Part shown: piece by piece, positions 59,606-64,000 of the stretch
Position numbering within the stretch: the first letter of the stretch is position 1
Layout of the letters: each line of letters opens with the position of its first letter
DNA from: Pedobacter sp. R-06
Lineage (GTDB): Bacteria; Bacteroidota; Bacteroidia; Sphingobacteriales; Sphingobacteriaceae
NCBI RefSeq assembly: GCF_049913135.1
Contig: NZ_CP183977.1
Coordinates: 4,400,053-4,464,052, forward strand
Reading direction: 5' to 3'
Length of the DNA stretch: 64,000 nucleotides
Notes under the pieces: generated by a model
What the model saw: only the letters and a program-made list of their open reading frames with translations
Databases searched by the model: none
Told to the model about the DNA's origin: nothing
Made by a program: the position numbers and the translations under genes

Positions 59606-62278
59606 TTAAGGCTTAACAGTTAAGTTATCTTTTAAATAAAGTGCCTTGCTTGATGATCCGATCATAATTCTATATTCCCCCGGAGCTACTTCCCATACAT
59701 TATTGATATTGAGTGTTTGAAGCACCTCTTTATCCAGTTTGAATGAAATTATCTTTGTTTCACCAACCTTTAAATGTATCCTCTGGAAAGCGCGTAATGC
59801 AAGAACAGGTTGCGCCAATTTGTTTAACAAAGGTCTCATGTACAACTGCACCACTTCTTCACCATCGTAATTGCCTGTATTTTTAAGCTCAAAGCTTACT
59901 ATAGCAGTTTCATTTTTAGCGATACTTTTACGGTTAAACTTCAAATTTGTATAAGAAAAGTTGGTATAACTTAATCCATATCCAAATGGGAAAAGTGGTT
60001 CGCCGCTTAAGTTGTTATAATCATCGCCTCTTCCCGTAGGTTTGTGGTTGTAAACCAATGGTAACTGCGATTCATCTATCGGGTAAGTAATTGGAAGTTT
60101 ACCTGATGGATTTGCCTTGCCAAGCAATACATCTGCAATGGCGCTACCGCCTGCTTCGCCCGGATACCATACATTTAAAACTGCGTTTACTTTATTTAAC
60201 CAAGGTTGCATATTGATGGCACTTCCACCGGTTAATACCACGATAATAGGTTTCCCGGTTTTTGCGAGTTCTTCCAGTAGCATTTCTTGATTACCAGGCA
60301 GGTTTAACATCGCCCGATCTAAAAACTCTCCTTCTTTTATGCCTGCAACAAACACGATTGCATCGTTATTCTTTGCCAAAGCTACTGCATCAGCTATTTC
60401 GTTTGATTTCCTGATATTATAATCCCAGATCAGTTTGATTTTACCATTGCCTTTAGGTTCAAAAAATTCGACCTTAATTGCATATTCCTTATTTTTCTCG
60501 AAATGAAATGGAACAATCTTCGTATTGAAAGATTTTTTGTCCCAATTATCGATAAGTAACTGGTTATCCAGGTATAATCGGTAACCATCATTCCCATCCA
60601 ATCCGATATTAACATCGGCATTTTGTGGCACCTTAATTTTACCGGTCCATCTTACCGAATAATCATCTAATTGGAGCTGCTCGTCTGGTGGGTATAATGT
60701 CCAACTAAAATTAACAGCCTTATCATTTACTTCTTTAACGGGTTTACCTGAGAATTGAAGCCCTTTGTAATAGCTCCCCATTAATCCTGCTTTTTGATTA
60801 GCAGAAAGAAACTGGCTATCTATCGGAATATAAGATTGCAGTTCCCGGCTACTACCTTTTACATAGTTAACCTTAACGTTATTGGATACTGCGTTTTTTA
60901 AGCCATCCAATATATTTATCTTATTGTTTCCAGTACCACTATAGCCACCTAATCTGGCTTCAATAGCATCTTCCCCTACAAGCAATATCTGCTTTGCACT
61001 TTTTAACGGAAGCGTGTTGTTATCATTTTTCAGGAGCACAAAAGATTTTAAGGCAGCTTCTTTGGCCAGATTATGGTTACTTTGATCGCTTAGCATCTTT
61101 TCAGTAATACTTTCATCAACATAAGGATGTTCAAACAGCCCCAGCTCAAATTTAGCTTTCAGAACCCTAGACAATGCATCATCTATTCGCGATTTTGGAA
61201 TACTACCATCTAAAAATGCAGGTAGAAAAAGTTTGTAATGGTTATAATCTACCTGGAAGATTACATCAAGGCCAGCGTTAATTGATTGCGCTGTGGCATC
61301 TTTATAATCTTTAGCTGTAAAATGTAATACATTGGCACCTCCAACTGCACCTGCATCAGAAATTACGAAACCTTTAAAGTCCCATTCTGTTTTTAGTTTA
61401 GTGGTAAGCAGCCATTTATTTGAGGTTGCCGGAGTACCAAAAACGCTGTTATAGGAAGTCATTAATGAACGGATACCTATGTTTTTAACCCCATCTTTAA
61501 ATGCCGGAAAGTGGATTTCTTCTAAAAAATGTTTATCCATCTCTATCGGGTAGCTATCCCGCCCGCCATCGCCAACATTGGCAATAAAATGTTTTGGGGT
61601 AACAATGATATTCTGCCTTTCTATGGCATTCATAAAAGCATGGCCTATTACAGTTGTTAGATAAGGGTCTTCCCCATAGGTTTCTTCTACCCTGCCCCAT
61701 CTTACATCTGTAGCGATATTAATCACTGGGGCAAGTAAATCTCTTAATCCACGAGCCCTTGCCTCGTTGCCAATAGCAGTACCGATTTTGGCCACTAAAG
61801 TAGTGTCGAAACTTGCAGCCAAACCAATTGATTGTGGAAATGCCGTAGCACCTTGCCTAACCAAACCGTGTAAAGCCTCATCAAAAGGGATAATCGGGAT
61901 GCCCAAACGGGTTTCCTCAACAAAATATTTTTGAATTTTATTTACCCTTTTAGCCAGCGAAAGTCCGTCTTCAGAGGTATTGTAGGTCAGCATTTGTTGT
62001 GCATTGCCACTTCCCTGGGCGGCAGCACTTACCTGCAATCCGAAAATGCCATGCCTAAACTGGTCTTTGTTCTTTTCGGTTACGTCACCTGGGATCATAA
62101 ATAATTGCCAGAATTTCTCTTCTGGCGTCATTCGCGAAATGAGGTCTTTTACCCTCAAATCGACACTTAATTTTGGATTTTTATAAGGTAAAGATTGCCC
62201 TTTTTTAACTTGAGCAAAAAGGCCACTACAGAAAAACAAGGCAGGCAATAAGTATAAATATCTTCTCAGTTTCGGCAT
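59606..62278 (-). CDS. glycoside hydrolase family 3 beta-glucosidase with PA14 domain, secreted
   Basis: Signal peptide. GH3 N-terminal motifs (GIPIIPFDEALHG, SDAGAVGG). Inserted PA14-like region. Fibronectin-like C-terminus. 890 aa. Confidence 0.85.
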   Translation of the reverse strand: MPKLRRYLYLLPALFFCSGLFAQVKKGQSLPYKNPKLSVDLRVKDLISRMTPEEKFWQLFMIPGDVTEKNKDQFRHGIFGLQVSAAAQGSGNAQQMLTYNTSEDGLSLAKRVNKIQKYFVEETRLGIPIIPFDEALHGLVRQGATAFPQSIGLAASFDTTLVAKIGTAIGNEARARGLRDLLAPVINIATDVRWGRVEETYGEDPYLTTVIGHAFMNAIERQNIIVTPKHFIANVGDGGRDSYPIEMDKHFLEEIHFPAFKDGVKNIGIRSLMTSYNSVFGTPATSNKWLLTTKLKTEWDFKGFVISDAGAVGGANVLHFTAKDYKDATAQSINAGLDVIFQVDYNHYKLFLPAFLDGSIPKSRIDDALSRVLKAKFELGLFEHPYVDESITEKMLSDQSNHNLAKEAALKSFVLLKNDNNTLPLKSAKQILLVGEDAIEARLGGYSGTGNNKINILDGLKNAVSNNVKVNYVKGSSRELQSYIPIDSQFLSANQKAGLMGSYYKGLQFSGKPVKEVNDKAVNFSWTLYPPDEQLQLDDYSVRWTGKIKVPQNADVNIGLDGNDGYRLYLDNQLLIDNWDKKSFNTKIVPFHFEKNKEYAIKVEFFEPKGNGKIKLIWDYNIRKSNEIADAVALAKNNDAIVFVAGIKEGEFLDRAMLNLPGNQEMLLEELAKTGKPIIVVLTGGSAINMQPWLNKVNAVLNVWYPGEAGGSAIADVLLGKANPSGKLPITYPIDESQLPLVYNHKPTGRGDDYNNLSGEPLFPFGYGLSYTNFSYTNLKFNRKSIAKNETAIVSFELKNTGNYDGEEVVQLYMRPLLNKLAQPVLALRAFQRIHLKVGETKIISFKLDKEVLQTLNINNVWEVAPGEYRIMIGSSSKALYLKDNLTVKP

Positions 62279-62280
62279 TA

Positions 62281-63705
62281 CTAATTAGTTTCGGGTGTAA
62301 AAGAAAAAGTCAAGGCTATTTTCTCCTCTGTTTTAGGGAAATCGAATTGTACCTTGCCATCTTTCAATGTCCATTTTACCTTTTGGTTGGTACTTAAAAT
62401 GGTGATGAGACTTCCTTTTTTAGGAATACTCCCTTGCCATGAAATTTCTTTGTCTGGCGAATTGCCAATCAAATTAATGCCGTAAATAGTTTTACCATCT
62501 TTACTTTGCGTAAACCAGTTCTGTCCATCATGATAGTTTTTGGTAACCCTTGTCCCGTATATGGCAATACCATTTTTACTGGTCCACTTACCAATTTCAT
62601 CCAATCGTGTAACCACATTATCAGGCAACGTTCCATCAGCTTTAGGTCCAATACCTAAAAGTAAACTTCCACCTTTGGCTACTATTTCTACTAATTTATA
62701 AACCACTTCGCCTGCCGATTTATATTGATCGTTAGGTACAAAACCCCAGGCACCGCCTAAAGTCATGCAGCTTTCCCATGGATAATCCAATTGCTTTTCA
62801 GGAATTTTCTGTTCTGGGGTTTGGTAGTTTTCAAACTGGCCATGTACCGTTCTATCAACTACAATTAAACCAGGTTGTGCTTTTCTGGCATCAGCGGCAA
62901 TCTTAGGCATATCAATATCCTGACTCCACTCTGGAATAGGTGCACCCCAAGAAAGTACTTCTTTATTGACACTAGCCCGTGGACGAACCCATCCACCATC
63001 TAACCATAAAATATCAATGCTTCCATAATTGTTCATTAACTCTCCAATCTGGTTCTGAGTATAATTTTTAAACATATTCCACCGCCATGGATTCTTTCTG
63101 ATGTCGTAATTGTTATTTCTATCTGCAGTGGCATATTTGTCCCACCAATAGTATTGCGAATGCCAATCGGGTTTAGAAAAATAAGCGCCAATCATAAAAT
63201 TTTCCTTACGGAAAGCATCGAATACATATTTAGCTACGTCTTTTTTAGCATTGGTTGAAAAAGGACCTTTTGCAATGCTAAAATCAGATTGTTTGGTATC
63301 GAACATGGCAAAGCCATCGTGATGTTTGGTGGTAAACACCAGATATTTCATTCCTGCACTTTTACCTGCTCTGGCCCATTGCTCAGGATTGAACTTTGTT
63401 GGATTAAATTTTTCACTAAAGCCCCAATACCATTTCTTGTAATCATCATACTTTATTGTACTGTCTCTGTCAATCCAGTCTTCCGAACAGATTGACCAGG
63501 ATTCAATAATTCCAGGAACAGCATATAAGCCCCAGTGGATAATCATTCCAAACTTTTTATCCTGCCAAGTATCGAGTTTTTGCTTAACAGTTGGATCTGT
63601 TGGCCACTCGTATTTGGTTGATTCTTGTAGTATGTCGTTTCTTTGGGCGCTTGAAAATTTAGCCAAAGCAATTAAAACAAGCGTCAGGAGATATTTTATT
63701 TTCAT
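62281..63705 (-). CDS. alpha-L-fucosidase (GH29), secreted
   Basis: Signal peptide. FGMIIHWGLYAVPG, TTKHHDGFAMFDT. 474 aa. Confidence 0.85.
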   Translation of the reverse strand: MKIKYLLTLVLIALAKFSSAQRNDILQESTKYEWPTDPTVKQKLDTWQDKKFGMIIHWGLYAVPGIIESWSICSEDWIDRDSTIKYDDYKKWYWGFSEKFNPTKFNPEQWARAGKSAGMKYLVFTTKHHDGFAMFDTKQSDFSIAKGPFSTNAKKDVAKYVFDAFRKENFMIGAYFSKPDWHSQYYWWDKYATADRNNNYDIRKNPWRWNMFKNYTQNQIGELMNNYGSIDILWLDGGWVRPRASVNKEVLSWGAPIPEWSQDIDMPKIAADARKAQPGLIVVDRTVHGQFENYQTPEQKIPEKQLDYPWESCMTLGGAWGFVPNDQYKSAGEVVYKLVEIVAKGGSLLLGIGPKADGTLPDNVVTRLDEIGKWTSKNGIAIYGTRVTKNYHDGQNWFTQSKDGKTIYGINLIGNSPDKEISWQGSIPKKGSLITILSTNQKVKWTLKDGKVQFDFPKTEEKIALTFSFTPETN

Positions 63706-63723
63706 TGTAATTCTGTTTTTAAC

Positions 63724-64000
63724 TTAATCTTTTTTCATTTTAATTTTTTCGGTCTGATATGCTCCAATACTCCTACCTTGAATCTGACCATTTTCAATGG
63801 CCGGTCTGTAATGAATACCTCCGTAAAGTCTACTAATAGCGGCTTCGTTAGCAGCTTGATTAAAAGAAGTGAAGCTTCGCACGGGTAATCCGAAATCAGT
63901 CTCGGTATTATCCTGAAACTTAAAGTTATCACCAAATATTTTGGTTAGCACATAGGCTGCTGATGTTGAAGCAACACTGTGTCCACTTGGATATTCAGGA
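63724..64000 (-). CDS. PAP2 superfamily/vanadium-dependent haloperoxidase-like protein, C-terminal part (N-terminus outside window)
   Basis: Reading frame stays open past 64000. PAP2 motifs PSGHS (63976-63990 region) and SRLYGGIHYRPAIE. Confidence 0.5.
   Translation of the reverse strand, partial: PEYPSGHSVASTSAAYVLTKIFGDNFKFQDNTETDFGLPVRSFTSFNQAANEAAISRLYGGIHYRPAIENGQIQGRSIGAYQTEKIKMKKD

Overview
This 64-kb window looks like a chromosomal segment from a Sphingobacteriaceae-type Bacteroidota genome (Pedobacter-like). The evidence is codon usage, N-terminal twin-arginine (Tat) signal motifs, eukaryote-like class Ia NrdAB, BshC, and abundant GTCAT-type palindromic intergenic repeats. I found about 54 protein-coding genes and no rRNA, tRNA, CRISPR array, transposase or integrase.

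The most striking region is bases 1-13.7 kb, a 13-gene co-directional locus downstream of a TonB-dependent receptor. It encodes an FAD-dependent GMC oxidoreductase with a Tat-signal small subunit (gluconate-2-dehydrogenase subunit-3-like) and a separate monoheme cytochrome c. It also encodes three Gfo/Idh/MocA oxidoreductases (two with Tat signals), six xylose-isomerase-like TIM-barrel proteins (five with Tat signals, including a tandem pair), a DUF1080 protein and a nucleoside:H+ symporter (NHS)-family MFS transporter. I read this as an oxidative pathway for glycoside or C-glycoside breakdown (3-keto-glycoside route).

The rest is mostly housekeeping: asd, dacB, eno, fabG, aguA/aguB, flotillin, nrdAB, rlpA, msrB, sucD, rlmF, truA, a DEAD-box helicase and bshC. 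Around these sit a GH29/GH3-PA14/GH29 glycosidase cluster, an M57 metalloprotease lipoprotein and a small AT-rich ABC-transporter island.

The non-coding DNA is unusually structured:
- At least three families of dispersed, hairpin-forming intergenic repeats, several present as inverted pairs, including one inserted between aguB and aguA.
- A tandem duplication that includes the stop codon of the GMC gene.
- A 21-bp tandem repeat between nrdB and nrdA.
- An 18-20 bp palindrome that recurs at three sites.
- Several 450-560 bp ORF-free regions that may carry regulatory RNAs; I could not assign them to known RNA families by eye.
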